Of a DNA stretch of 64,000 nt, positions 1 to 9,584 are shown one piece after another (the stretch's first letter is position 1; each line of letters opens with the position of its first letter). The position numbers were made by a program, and so were the translations under genes. This DNA comes from a virus. Its lineage: Duplodnaviria > Caudoviricetes. The notes under the pieces are model-generated. The model did no database searches, was not told where the DNA came from, and worked only from the letters and a program-made list of their open reading frames with translations. The stretch is taken from the IMG/VR virus record IMGVR_UViG_3300028048_002144. One strand, written 5' to 3'.

Positions 1-413
1 AAAAAAATAGTTGAATAAAGCTATAACCTGTAATAGAAGTAAGCTGGTTAATGCTATATAACAAGACTCCATAAGAAGAATAAAATGAGTATATAGGTAA
101 TATAGAACCCTATGCCATAAATAATAAGCAAGCATAGTAAAAAGGATAATAAGATATACAGAAAATGAGATATAGATGGAGGATAAATAACCATAACCAG
201 AATGAATAAATATATAGTAAATGGATAATCCTCTCCCAATAGGTCAAAGAGATAAAAGTATATAGGGGCGAAATTGACATAGTGTTTCTACTCTACTCAG
301 TTTTTATTTCATAAATGCAGGATATTTATATTTTAGATGTTTACTTAATGAAATTTTGATACGACAAGAAGAGAGGACATAATCCTCTCTACAAAAAGTA
401 TTCAGTTATTCAT

Positions 414-2036
414 TCAGACTGGAACTAAAATAGATTCCTCATTATTTTCAACTGAGTATTTATTTGTATTCACTATTGTATAATTGATAATATTCTTATT
501 TTTATGCGCCAAAATAGACTTGATTAACTTACAAAGTTTATCAAGTATTTTCTTAACAGTATTATGAGAAATATTCAGTTCTTTAGCAATTCTATAATTA
601 GAATATCCTTTTAAGTGTAACCTTAATATAGCGCAGTTTCTCTGCACTTTTTTAGTGTTTTTCTTCTTTTTGTTTTTCTTATTATCTTTCTTATATAAGT
701 AAGCAAAACCTAGCAAATTATCAATGGTTTCATCTTTATACTTGTAATGCTTTCTCTGATCGCATTTAACGACCTTATATACGTCAGAATAGCTTAAAGG
801 CATAGCAAACAGCTGATTAAACTCTAAAGCCATTCTGAGGGCATCTACGCCCATAGAGACGTATTCTACGGTAGCAAGATGCAATAAAATATCTCTTTTA
901 CCAGCTCCTGCTTCACTTAAAGCCAAAGATTTGTACAGTTCAAGTCTTTCATTGCTATATTCAATCTTATATTCTTTATTAGGCTTAACGTGAGGCTTAA
1001 TGGTTTTAGGGTTTCTTTTTGAAGAAGATTTTTTGACAGTTACCTTCTCTTCTCCAATAGTACATAAGATATCATTTAGTGTACGGGAATGATCATTAGT
1101 ATATATAACTTCAACTTCTTTTAACGCACTAAAATTAAAGGAGCCAGGTAATCTAAACATACCCTCTAATCTATTTGATGCTATTCTATCCAATTCGAGA
1201 TATGATTCTATCTCAGTAAGAAAATTCTCATATACACTAATAAGTTTATCTTTAGCTATATTTACTTTCCAACGAAGAGTTTTATAAACCTCATCAAAAT
1301 TAAACCATAGCTGTAGTCCTCTTCCGGTAAATACAGCCTGGCTTGGTTTAATGATGTCTCGAGCTTTAATTTCATTTAATACATACTCACATTCAGCTTT
1401 AATATTAGAACCTTCATCATGGCAATCAAGATCCAATACAATTGTTCTATATGTAAAGGTATCTTCAGCACATGCTTTAGGAAGGTTGCAGAAAGGATTC
1501 CTAGTTTTGCTATTTTGTTCAGCATAAACCTTATCTAGTTCTAAATCTAACTTTTTAGTATTCCAACCTTTATTCTCATAATATCTAATCTTTGCTTTTA
1601 ATTCTTTTTCTTTCCAGGAATTTTCATAAGTCTGGGGCTTGCAGCAATATTTGTATCGTTCTTCTTTAGGCATACTAAAATAAGCCTTAGCAGAAACATA
1701 ATTTCCTCTAAGTCTTTGTGGGTAAATGTATAAGTTATATTTATACTTTTTAGCCCATGCAATCAATCCTGGGCCTTTTTTAGATGGATATAACGATGAT
1801 TTTAATTCTATAGATGGTATGTGGAAAGTAAAAACTTTTCGAGATTCCACTTCTTCTATATATGAATGGATATCAAAAGAATAGTTTCTTTTGACAATTT
1901 TGAAATCTTCCTCTATAATAACAGCAGGAAGTGCTTTGATTATTAGCATTTCTGATTTTGTACTTTTAAAACTAACTCCGGTATTAATATCTGCCACTTC
2001 CTTTCTGCAAGCAATGGATAGGTTTTTAGTGAGCAT
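414..2036 (-). CDS. Plasmid replication initiator-like protein (AEP primase-type Rep with PriCT-like region and C-terminal HTH)
   Basis: Motifs IVLDLDCH, FTGRGLQLWF and FRLPGSFN are AEP/replicase-type. GKRD...LEFNQLFAMPLSYSDV is PriCT-like. The C-terminal GYSNYRIAKELNISHNTVKK is an HTH. Confidence 0.7.
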   Translation of the reverse strand: MLTKNLSIACRKEVADINTGVSFKSTKSEMLIIKALPAVIIEEDFKIVKRNYSFDIHSYIEEVESRKVFTFHIPSIELKSSLYPSKKGPGLIAWAKKYKYNLYIYPQRLRGNYVSAKAYFSMPKEERYKYCCKPQTYENSWKEKELKAKIRYYENKGWNTKKLDLELDKVYAEQNSKTRNPFCNLPKACAEDTFTYRTIVLDLDCHDEGSNIKAECEYVLNEIKARDIIKPSQAVFTGRGLQLWFNFDEVYKTLRWKVNIAKDKLISVYENFLTEIESYLELDRIASNRLEGMFRLPGSFNFSALKEVEVIYTNDHSRTLNDILCTIGEEKVTVKKSSSKRNPKTIKPHVKPNKEYKIEYSNERLELYKSLALSEAGAGKRDILLHLATVEYVSMGVDALRMALEFNQLFAMPLSYSDVYKVVKCDQRKHYKYKDETIDNLLGFAYLYKKDNKKNKKKKNTKKVQRNCAILRLHLKGYSNYRIAKELNISHNTVKKILDKLCKLIKSILAHKNKNIINYTIVNTNKYSVENNEESILVPV

Positions 2037-2106
2037 AAAAACTAAGTGTTTGTTACGTCACGATTTTTAATCAAGTGATTTTGTAATCCTCAAAGGTTAC
2101 ATAAGA

Positions 2107-2135
2107 AATATGACAGAAACGAAATGTATGACAGA
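2107..2135 (-). promoter_or_regulatory. Two tandem copies of the TCTGTCATA motif upstream of rep
   Basis: + strand AATATGACAGA at 2107 and TATGACAGA at 2127. Confidence 0.65.
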
Positions 2136-2146
2136 TATTTTTACAT

Positions 2147-2179
2147 AAAAAAGCCATAGAATATTTCTATGGCTTTTTA
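2147..2179. terminator. Intrinsic terminator hairpin
   Basis: AAAAAAGCCATAGAA-tat-TTCTATGGCTTTTT, downstream of ORF 2249-2800. Confidence 0.75.
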
Positions 2180-2248
2180 TTATATTCTTGATATTCAATT
2201 TTGATTTGTAAAATATTTGTACAATTAATTGTATTGGCTTATGAAGTG

Positions 2249-2800
2249 TTAATCTTCTTTGACAATATAATAGGCTTCGTTATCAATATAAATTGGCTTA
2301 TCTTCCGGTTTTAAGCTTGGAAACAAATCGGTAAAAGTTGCGTTTGTTTCATAATCTTTTTCATCCCAAGATGTTGATTTTGTTTCACTTTTCCAGGCTT
2401 CAAGTTTTGAAATTAATTCGTCTTCGCTCAAATTATCTGTTTCTGATATATGAAAAATCATATCACTCGGCATTTCGTGAATCATCCCACCCAATGTCTT
2501 GAATTCTTCGAAATTATAGAAATGGAACGGTTCTCCCTTAACCCATGTTTTTAAACACTTACGTCCATTGGCATCTTTATTAACCTCGAAATCTTCACCT
2601 GGATAAACAGCAATCTTTACTTCTCCATCTACAAATACGAACCTATAAGAAAATGAATCGTCTTTCATGGCTTCATTTTCGTTTTTATAGGAAAATGGTG
2701 ATGGAATTTCAATGCAAAGAAAATCACGTTCAGTTCCTTTATGAATACATTCATACTTTTCTGGCGTGAACGTTCCACTTAACATATATCTGTATTTCAT
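2249..2800 (-). CDS. Hypothetical protein
   Basis: 183 aa ORF with an AAGGAGG RBS. Confidence 0.7.
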   Translation of the reverse strand: MKYRYMLSGTFTPEKYECIHKGTERDFLCIEIPSPFSYKNENEAMKDDSFSYRFVFVDGEVKIAVYPGEDFEVNKDANGRKCLKTWVKGEPFHFYNFEEFKTLGGMIHEMPSDMIFHISETDNLSEDELISKLEAWKSETKSTSWDEKDYETNATFTDLFPSLKPEDKPIYIDNEAYYIVKED

Positions 2801-2851
2801 ATAAAAATTCCTCCTTGTATGATTTTTATAAGATGTCTTTCACTGACATCT

Positions 2852-4420
2852 TTAATTCATTAATCGCAGTGCTTCAGCTGCAAGTTTTGAACGTACACAA
2901 TCCTTTTCTGAGAAATTGATCTGGGCACATAATGGCGAATCTTTCATCTTTTCAGATATATAAGTTAATCCATTATTTCTCTTATTTAGAATAGGATTAT
3001 CAATTTGAGATGGATCTCCACAAACGACTATTTTGGTACCCTCACCGGTTCTAGTTACAATATCCTTTATTTGTGTGATGGTTGAATTTTGCATTTCATC
3101 ACAAATAAGGAAACTATTAGATATAGAACGTCCTCTCATGTAAGCTAAAGGTGCTACTTGTATAGCTCCAGACGCAAATAAATCTTCAATTTGTACTGCT
3201 ATTTCATCATTCATTTCATTGCCTTTACCTCTAATAATAGCTTCCAGGTTATCATAGAATGGTGCTAGTAAAGGTTCCATCTTTTCTTCTAGTGAGCCAG
3301 GTAAATATCCGAATTGCTCATCTGATGTAATATTATTTCTAGTAATAAGTACCTTGTTAAACATCTTTCTTTCATCAAAGACCTGATCCAGGCCAGCAGC
3401 TAATGATAGGAAGGTTTTTGCAGTTCCAGCTTTACCTCGTAGGATTACAAGCGGAATTTCTTCAGCAGGGGCTAATAAGGCATATAGGGCAAACGTCTGC
3501 GCAGCATTTTTAGCCTTAACTCCATATGGAGTAAGTTTACTTTTGTCTATAAGCTCAATCGTATTATTTCTATAAATAGCTAAAGCACTATTATTAAGAT
3601 ATTTTAATACCAGGAATTCATTTGAATAAAATAGATGATTAAGTGCTTCATTATCTTCATCTGTAAAATCAAAAATACTAATAGATTTATTTCTATACAA
3701 ATAGTCTACAAGATTGAAGCTAAGATTTGATACATCTATCTCACTATATAGGCTCGTTACCTCTTCTGGTATTTTACCATTTCTATATATTTCAGAATTG
3801 ATTTTAGATAGACTAGCTTTAATTCTCATTCCAGTATCATTAGTGACTAGAGTTAGATCAGAAATGTCTTTAAAAAAGGCTTTTATTTCCTCTATAATAT
3901 TTTCATCTGGGGATTTATTAACATTATATTTAGATTCTTTTAAAAGATATAATTTGCCTCCTCTAGGAAGTTTGCCATACTCTTTTCCTATATCAGCCTG
4001 GAAAGCTTCAATAAGATTTAAACTCTTTCTAGCATTTCTTCCACGTTCAGATTTTTCGGCTTTAATTTTATCTAATTCATTTAATACTGTATAAGGAATA
4101 TAAATATTATTATTCTTAAAATTAATAAGTGATTTTGGATCTGAAATTAAGATATTCGTATCGAGAACATAATTAGAAATTTGTTTACTATTTCTATCTT
4201 CGACAACATCATCGGCAAAGACATCTTCGATAGATTTTTTAAGTTCATGGTTATCGTTAGTATCATTTAATACTTTGTCTACAACCATTTGTCTTGAGAC
4301 TGACATGATATTATTTGATTCTACAAATAAATCTCTGTCCTCTTTGCTCTCAAAAGAACCTTGTAAGAGGTCATCTGTAATTAAAGTTTTTGGAAGTACA
4401 TTTTTACTAGTTTTTCCCAT
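2852..4420 (-). CDS. phoH: PIN-PhoH family protein (PhoH2/YlaK-like)
   Basis: PIN motif VLDTNIL, Walker A GKAGTAKT, and PhoH motifs GYLPG, YMRGRS, DEMQN, GDPSQID. Confidence 0.9.
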   Translation of the reverse strand: MGKTSKNVLPKTLITDDLLQGSFESKEDRDLFVESNNIMSVSRQMVVDKVLNDTNDNHELKKSIEDVFADDVVEDRNSKQISNYVLDTNILISDPKSLINFKNNNIYIPYTVLNELDKIKAEKSERGRNARKSLNLIEAFQADIGKEYGKLPRGGKLYLLKESKYNVNKSPDENIIEEIKAFFKDISDLTLVTNDTGMRIKASLSKINSEIYRNGKIPEEVTSLYSEIDVSNLSFNLVDYLYRNKSISIFDFTDEDNEALNHLFYSNEFLVLKYLNNSALAIYRNNTIELIDKSKLTPYGVKAKNAAQTFALYALLAPAEEIPLVILRGKAGTAKTFLSLAAGLDQVFDERKMFNKVLITRNNITSDEQFGYLPGSLEEKMEPLLAPFYDNLEAIIRGKGNEMNDEIAVQIEDLFASGAIQVAPLAYMRGRSISNSFLICDEMQNSTITQIKDIVTRTGEGTKIVVCGDPSQIDNPILNKRNNGLTYISEKMKDSPLCAQINFSEKDCVRSKLAAEALRLMN

Positions 4421-4433
4421 ATTTTTCCTTTCC

Positions 4434-4619
4434 TCATCCTATAAGAGCCATTATTGATCTTATTAAAAATACTAAAGTTGCAAGTATAAAAATAAAGAGG
4501 GCGATTAGATTTGTCGCATACGCCCTCATGACTAATTGTTCTTGCTTCTTTAATATTCTATACGTAATAATTCCTTCAATAAGTAGGAAAAGTAGCGACA
4601 TTAGAATATTATAGCCCAT
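4434..4619 (-). CDS. Small membrane protein
   Basis: Two hydrophobic segments; packed in an operon with an RBS. Confidence 0.55.
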   Translation of the reverse strand: MGYNILMSLLFLLIEGIITYRILKKQEQLVMRAYATNLIALFIFILATLVFLIRSIMALIG

Positions 4620-4622
4620 TAC

Positions 4623-5120
4623 TTATTCTCCTTCTTTTACCAGCTTATGTGCAGGATTATCAGATGTGCTAGTGTCTGTTACCTCTGTAATAGGTGTGTA
4701 TAATGTCCACTTTCCATCTTTAGATTTAATAAGTTTGATCTTGTCGTTTTTAACAACCTTGAGATCGTTTTCGTCTGAATTAATAACATGTGAATTATTA
4801 GTTCCTACTTCAACAATAGTAATATCATAACCTTTAAGTCCTACAGAAGTATAATTAGGAACAACCTGCTTGATTTCAGCCTTGCCATTTGTAGCTTCTT
4901 TTAGGTATTTAAGTGTTTTAGCTTGTGCCTGGTCCTGCGCTCTAAATACGTAGAAAATTCCACCACCTAGCGTAACACCAAGAACTAGAATAGCAAATAA
5001 ATACTGTAATGGTTTCTGTTTAGACAAACCATTTGAGGCTAGAGCTGATGCTCCAAAAATTGCTATAGCTAAAAGTGTTATTAAGATAATTATTTCTCTT
5101 GTAGATAAAATAGATAACAT
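4623..5120 (-). CDS. Membrane protein, unknown function
   Basis: Two N-terminal TM segments; operonic. Confidence 0.7.
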   Translation of the reverse strand: MLSILSTREIIILITLLAIAIFGASALASNGLSKQKPLQYLFAILVLGVTLGGGIFYVFRAQDQAQAKTLKYLKEATNGKAEIKQVVPNYTSVGLKGYDITIVEVGTNNSHVINSDENDLKVVKNDKIKLIKSKDGKWTLYTPITEVTDTSTSDNPAHKLVKEGE

Positions 5121-5122
5121 AA

Positions 5123-6184
5123 TTACTCTCCTTCAGTTTCAGTTGCAGGGTTATTAGTTTCTGTATCTGATGATTCTGTTTCATTAGTTTCATCAGTTTC
5201 TTCAGTTTCTTCGGTATTATCAGTTTCTGATACATTCGGATCTTTCTTATTATCTTCTACTGTAATACTTTCTTCGTTAGAGTTTTGCTTTGTAAAGTCC
5301 TTGTCTGTTGTATATAAAACATTATTTAATCCTTTTTTAGAGATACTTACAGGTACAAAAACATCAATATCATCATAGCTCTTAAATTTCATACTAAATT
5401 TAAAGAATGATGGAATAATTTTATTTGTTTTCTTATTAATATGTTTAAAACTATCTTTATTGTTTACTACTTCTATCTTGTTGATATTACCTTTTCTATC
5501 TGTGAAAAGGTTCATTGTGAGATATATATTTTTACCATTTTTTCTGTAAAAGTTTTCGGTTTTAGATTTAAGCAGTTTTGTATTAGTTTCAAATACATTT
5601 CCGATAATAGCTTTTATAGAATCATATGGTAGATCGCAGCTGATTACATAATGATTAAAATCTTTCTTCAAACATTTAACGTTTTTGATATTCTTATTTG
5701 TAATGATTTCATTACTATCTGAATTAGGATCAATTTCTTCGAATTTAGTATCTGGATCATTTTCAGCACTAATTGGTTCGTAAACATTTACTCCCCAGGT
5801 TTTATCTTTTTGATAAAACAGAACATTTCGATCATAATTTTCAATATATCCTTCTTTAATCTTGCTGCCAGATTTAATTTTTAATCGATCAGTATCTTTA
5901 TCTCTGGTATCTTCAAGAGTGATTTTTGATTTTGTCCCCTTGTATTTTTCTTCAAAAGATACATCAATTTTTGTGGGATATACATTGCCTTTCGTTGTTA
6001 CATTAGTAAGAACTTTTCTAACAGAAGGTGGTTTTACAAATATATAGGTTCCAATTCCAGCAATTAAAACTATAACAGACAATACTCCCAATACTTTGAC
6101 TTTGGTACTTAAACTTTTGATAGTACCTTTAGGATTTGACGAAAACTTTTTAAAAAAAGAATCTTTGGTTTCTCTTCGAATCAT
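5123..6184 (-). CDS. Membrane-anchored extracellular protein with acidic T/E-rich tail
   Basis: N-terminal TM helix and C-terminal TEE/TDE/TNE low-complexity repeats. Confidence 0.7.
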   Translation of the reverse strand: MIRRETKDSFFKKFSSNPKGTIKSLSTKVKVLGVLSVIVLIAGIGTYIFVKPPSVRKVLTNVTTKGNVYPTKIDVSFEEKYKGTKSKITLEDTRDKDTDRLKIKSGSKIKEGYIENYDRNVLFYQKDKTWGVNVYEPISAENDPDTKFEEIDPNSDSNEIITNKNIKNVKCLKKDFNHYVISCDLPYDSIKAIIGNVFETNTKLLKSKTENFYRKNGKNIYLTMNLFTDRKGNINKIEVVNNKDSFKHINKKTNKIIPSFFKFSMKFKSYDDIDVFVPVSISKKGLNNVLYTTDKDFTKQNSNEESITVEDNKKDPNVSETDNTEETEETDETNETESSDTETNNPATETEGE

Positions 6185-6258
6185 AAAATAGTCCTTTCGT
6201 AAATATTTCTATATAAAATATGACAGATTGCAGCAGATATTAACAAAAAAAGAAGAGC

Positions 6259-7293
6259 TTATTCGCTCTTCTTAAATAATTTTTTATAACTCTCGTTAAT
6301 AATATGTGTTACTTCGTTAACTATTCTGATAGCACTATTTTTATTTGATACGATAGATTTGCTTAAATCTAACTGCTCTGCATGGACTATATCCCCACGG
6401 TTTAAAGTAAGATAATTAAATATCTCCTCAGATATATCTTTAAAATCATTGTTCTGTATTTTGATTATGATATCATCTGTTAATTTCCCTTTGTAAAAGA
6501 TTTTCCAGAAGTTTTTTCCTACGATAATATCTTCGTCTAAGAATAACCATTTTAAATATCCTTCTAGGGCCTTTAAAGCGGGTAAAATTACGCAGGAGTA
6601 ATCATCTAGTATTAAGTCTGCGTTGATTAGAACTTCAGCCGGTGTGAGCATTTTAATGATGGATATGTCCAGGTCTAAATAACAGTCGGGTAATTTCGTC
6701 TTTAATATTTCCCGTACTTCTTTTACTTTTAAATTTGTCTGTAAAGTAGAATTATATTTATTGATTAATTCTTCTAAAGTAAAGTCTTCCCATTCAGTCA
6801 TAAGAATTAGTATTTCAGCGAATATATAAACTGGCTTGCCTTGAATATTAAGAATTCGTTTCTCTTTGTTGTATTTTAGGTATAAATAATCGCCATAACT
6901 ACTTTGTACTAAATAGTTTATTGGCGTATTATTCTTTAAGGTTAATAAAAGTCTTGAATTAGATTTTAAGGTTTCTATTAACAAATTAAATTTTTCTATT
7001 TTAATATTAGATGAAGTATATGTTTTACTTCTGATATTAGAAGGGTAAGCTAATTTGCTTTCTATAAGTTCTTTTAGTTTTTTAGATTCAATACTATCAT
7101 CAGCAATAATAGCTGTAGTTTTGTTTTTGAACACAAAATGAAGATAATGCTTTTTCTTATTAACAAAAAAGATGATACTAGTTTTATTAATATTCTGGAA
7201 AAGATTTGTGCAAGAAAAAGTTTTTCCGAATAATTCTTTCCCAGAAGACTCTGTTAAAAAATGTATCTCTGGCTTTTCTATATAATAATACAT
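6259..7293 (-). CDS. RnlA/RNase LS-like HEPN endoribonuclease
   Basis: DYSCVILPALKALEGYLK and the HEPN R-x4-H motif (RGDIVH) are typical of the RnlA toxin C-terminal domain. Confidence 0.65.
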   Translation of the reverse strand: MYYYIEKPEIHFLTESSGKELFGKTFSCTNLFQNINKTSIIFFVNKKKHYLHFVFKNKTTAIIADDSIESKKLKELIESKLAYPSNIRSKTYTSSNIKIEKFNLLIETLKSNSRLLLTLKNNTPINYLVQSSYGDYLYLKYNKEKRILNIQGKPVYIFAEILILMTEWEDFTLEELINKYNSTLQTNLKVKEVREILKTKLPDCYLDLDISIIKMLTPAEVLINADLILDDYSCVILPALKALEGYLKWLFLDEDIIVGKNFWKIFYKGKLTDDIIIKIQNNDFKDISEEIFNYLTLNRGDIVHAEQLDLSKSIVSNKNSAIRIVNEVTHIINESYKKLFKKSE

Positions 7294-7356
7294 AATTACT
7301 CCAAAAAAATAACAGCATTACATTATTGTAATACTGTTATTCTAACAGAATATATT

Positions 7357-8007
7357 TTATTCTGCGATAAAAATTATATTTTTTGTAACTATTCCATCTG
7401 GCTTACCATTCTTAATTACTATAGTATTTTGATCGCCTTTTTCGACTTTCCATTTTGCACTAATTCCTGGTACAGGAACTTTTTCGTTTTCTTCGCAAGT
7501 GTATTTTTTAACCACTCGATTGTCTTTAGATTTATATGTTACTGTATATAATTCTTTTTCTTTTTCCTGGTCAAGTAAAGCTACTTTTTTAACTGTAATG
7601 TTTCCTATTTGACCATTAGGATGCGTAAATCTTTCTTTTACGACTACAGCTATAATACCTTTATCTGCGTCTACATTTCCGGCAATTTGAAGTCTGAAAT
7701 TAGGATCTGATTCCTTTTTTGTTACTTCTACCTTTTTACCATTATCTTTAGTAAAACTCTGCTCTTTAGTACCAGATAAAGATAGATTCTTTATTAGAAT
7801 CTCAGAAAAGTTTGTAATTAGAGATTCGTTATCGTTTATCGAGTATTCTCCGTCCAACACTAGCTGGCTTAAACTTGTGTCTACAGCCTTTTGTAATGCT
7901 TTCTCAGCTTCGTTTTCTCGAATATCACGATTAAATACGGTCATCAATATCATTACTGATAATACAATAATGATAAATCCGATAAAGGCTTTATATATAA
8001 TCTTCAT
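7357..8007 (-). CDS. Membrane-anchored pilin/TadE-like protein
   Basis: Single N-terminal TM followed by a helix; last gene of a cluster of pilin-like ORFs. Confidence 0.5.
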   Translation of the reverse strand: MKIIYKAFIGFIIIVLSVMILMTVFNRDIRENEAEKALQKAVDTSLSQLVLDGEYSINDNESLITNFSEILIKNLSLSGTKEQSFTKDNGKKVEVTKKESDPNFRLQIAGNVDADKGIIAVVVKERFTHPNGQIGNITVKKVALLDQEKEKELYTVTYKSKDNRVVKKYTCEENEKVPVPGISAKWKVEKGDQNTIVIKNGKPDGIVTKNIIFIAE

Positions 8008-8024
8008 AAACTATCCTCTTTTCG

Positions 8025-8510
8025 TTATTCGTGAACGCCCACATATAATGTTCTGGTAGTCTTTGTGTTATTAGTGCCTAATACTGTTAATCGAACAGTA
8101 TATAATCCTTCGGAGTTAAAAGTAATTGTTTTATCTACTGAATTTACTGTTGATTTGAATACATCCATTTTCTTATCTTTTTCAGTTTTATCTACAGAAA
8201 TGATATTTACTTTATTTATATTTGAACCTTTAATAAATCCAGTACCATCAGATTTATAATAACTATATGTTTGGTTAACGATAATATCATCATTAACCTT
8301 AAAATCTACTACAGTCTTATGGCTTTCTGCCTTTGCAGCATCGGTAGATTCTTTAGTTGACATATCTGTTTTTTTAACTCCAGCACTAATTTCCTGACCA
8401 GAAATTGTCGTGATAGATAAATTTCCAATATTGCTTATAGCAAAAATAATTACAATGGCGGTCATAGCTGCTATTATTGCTCCACCATATTGATCAAAAA
8501 ATGTTTTCAT
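8025..8510 (-). CDS. Pilin-like protein
   Basis: N-terminus MKTFFDQYGG followed by a hydrophobic helix. Confidence 0.5.
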   Translation of the reverse strand: MKTFFDQYGGAIIAAMTAIVIIFAISNIGNLSITTISGQEISAGVKKTDMSTKESTDAAKAESHKTVVDFKVNDDIIVNQTYSYYKSDGTGFIKGSNINKVNIISVDKTEKDKKMDVFKSTVNSVDKTITFNSEGLYTVRLTVLGTNNTKTTRTLYVGVHE

Positions 8511-8520
8511 AAAAAACCTC

Positions 8521-8664
8521 TTAGCCTATTAACGATAAAAACTGTCTAAATAGATCAGATAAAGGATTATTTGGTTGCATCATTAGAAAAACTACGCCTA
8601 AAAAGATGGTAAAACCAATTAAACCTAAAGCTAATCCACCGTTTTCCTCAATGATTCGCTTCAT
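8521..8664 (-). CDS. 47 aa pilin-like microprotein (not in ORF track)
   Basis: Translates as MKRIIEENGGLALGLIGFTIFLGVVFLMMQPNNPLSDLFRQFLSLIG; GAGGT RBS. Confidence 0.7.
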   Translation of the reverse strand: MKRIIEENGGLALGLIGFTIFLGVVFLMMQPNNPLSDLFRQFLSLIG

Positions 8665-8686
8665 AACTTAAATTACCTCTTCTAAA

Positions 8687-8794
8687 TTAAAAACTTGATA
8701 ATTGAACTAGTGTAGAACCCAAAAAGCCAATCGCAACTATACCTATAACGATAGCTAAAATCGTTCCACCATATTCAGATAAAAAATGTGGCAT
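8687..8794 (-). CDS. 35 aa pilin-like microprotein (not in ORF track)
   Basis: Translates as MPHFLSEYGGTILAIVIGIVAIGFLGSTLVQLSSF; AAGGAGTG RBS. Confidence 0.7.
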   Translation of the reverse strand: MPHFLSEYGGTILAIVIGIVAIGFLGSTLVQLSSF

Positions 8795-8807
8795 GGTATA
8801 TCACTCC

Positions 8808-9143
8808 TTATCTAATACTCGTAGTAATTTCATGTGTTTCATTAATGCTCAATAGCTTAATCTGATATTTATACTCAAGTGTTGCGCTACCATACATATG
8901 ATCTCCATCATTTGTACGACTCATCTTATTGACGGTTAATTTATAACCATTTTTATCAGCTTCGTCTTTCTGGGCAGAAATTACCTCATCTGCAAAATTA
9001 GAATTTTCGATCTCAGTTACATATTTATCTAATGATGCTCTTGCGTTACGTGTAGCAATAGATGATGTAACTAATCCTGTACCAACGAAAACAAGAAGTA
9101 AGATAAGAATTACAGTTACAAAACCTTTAATTATGTTTTCCAT
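8808..9143 (-). CDS. Pilin/TadE-like membrane-anchored protein
   Basis: N-terminal hydrophobic helix and small beta-rich C-terminus; first gene of the cluster. Confidence 0.5.
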   Translation of the reverse strand: MENIIKGFVTVILILLLVFVGTGLVTSSIATRNARASLDKYVTEIENSNFADEVISAQKDEADKNGYKLTVNKMSRTNDGDHMYGSATLEYKYQIKLLSINETHEITTSIR

Positions 9144-9258
9144 AAAACGCTCCTTAATTAAAAAATTATATTTTTATCACTATTATGAATATGACAGATT
9201 AGACCGTGCATAACCATGTATAAAAAGAAAAAGGACGTTAAAAACGTCCTTTTTAAGT

Positions 9259-9570
9259 TTACAGATTGTCAAATTTATCCAATCCATGTAATCTTTTCAT
9301 CTTCTTATACATTCTTAGATATTCAATAGGTTCTGTTTTGATATTGCACATACCGAAATATATATCTAAATTTCCGTTCTTAAAATCATCAACGAGTGTT
9401 TTTAATTTAAAAACGTTATTTCTATAAATTTCTGTATGATCTAAATTGCAACTCTCTAAAAATAGAAGATGTTTGTACAATTTCCCATAATCCTTTAAAG
9501 CTTGTTTAATAACCACGATTGAAAGATTAACTAACCCCGTTGAATCAAAAGTTGTAATTTCTTTCATCAA
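9259..9570 (-). CDS. Hypothetical protein
   Basis: 103 aa ORF with a GAGGT RBS, followed by a terminator. Confidence 0.6.
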   Translation of the reverse strand: MMKEITTFDSTGLVNLSIVVIKQALKDYGKLYKHLLFLESCNLDHTEIYRNNVFKLKTLVDDFKNGNLDIYFGMCNIKTEPIEYLRMYKKMKRLHGLDKFDNL

Positions 9571-9584
9571 ATATTACCTCTTTT

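Noticed and set aside
54-239. 61 aa hydrophobic ORF and surrounding strand-biased AT-rich DNA as a gene or origin
   Set aside because: The ORF is probably a compositional artefact. No iterons or DnaA boxes were recognised, so an origin cannot be supported although it is near rep.
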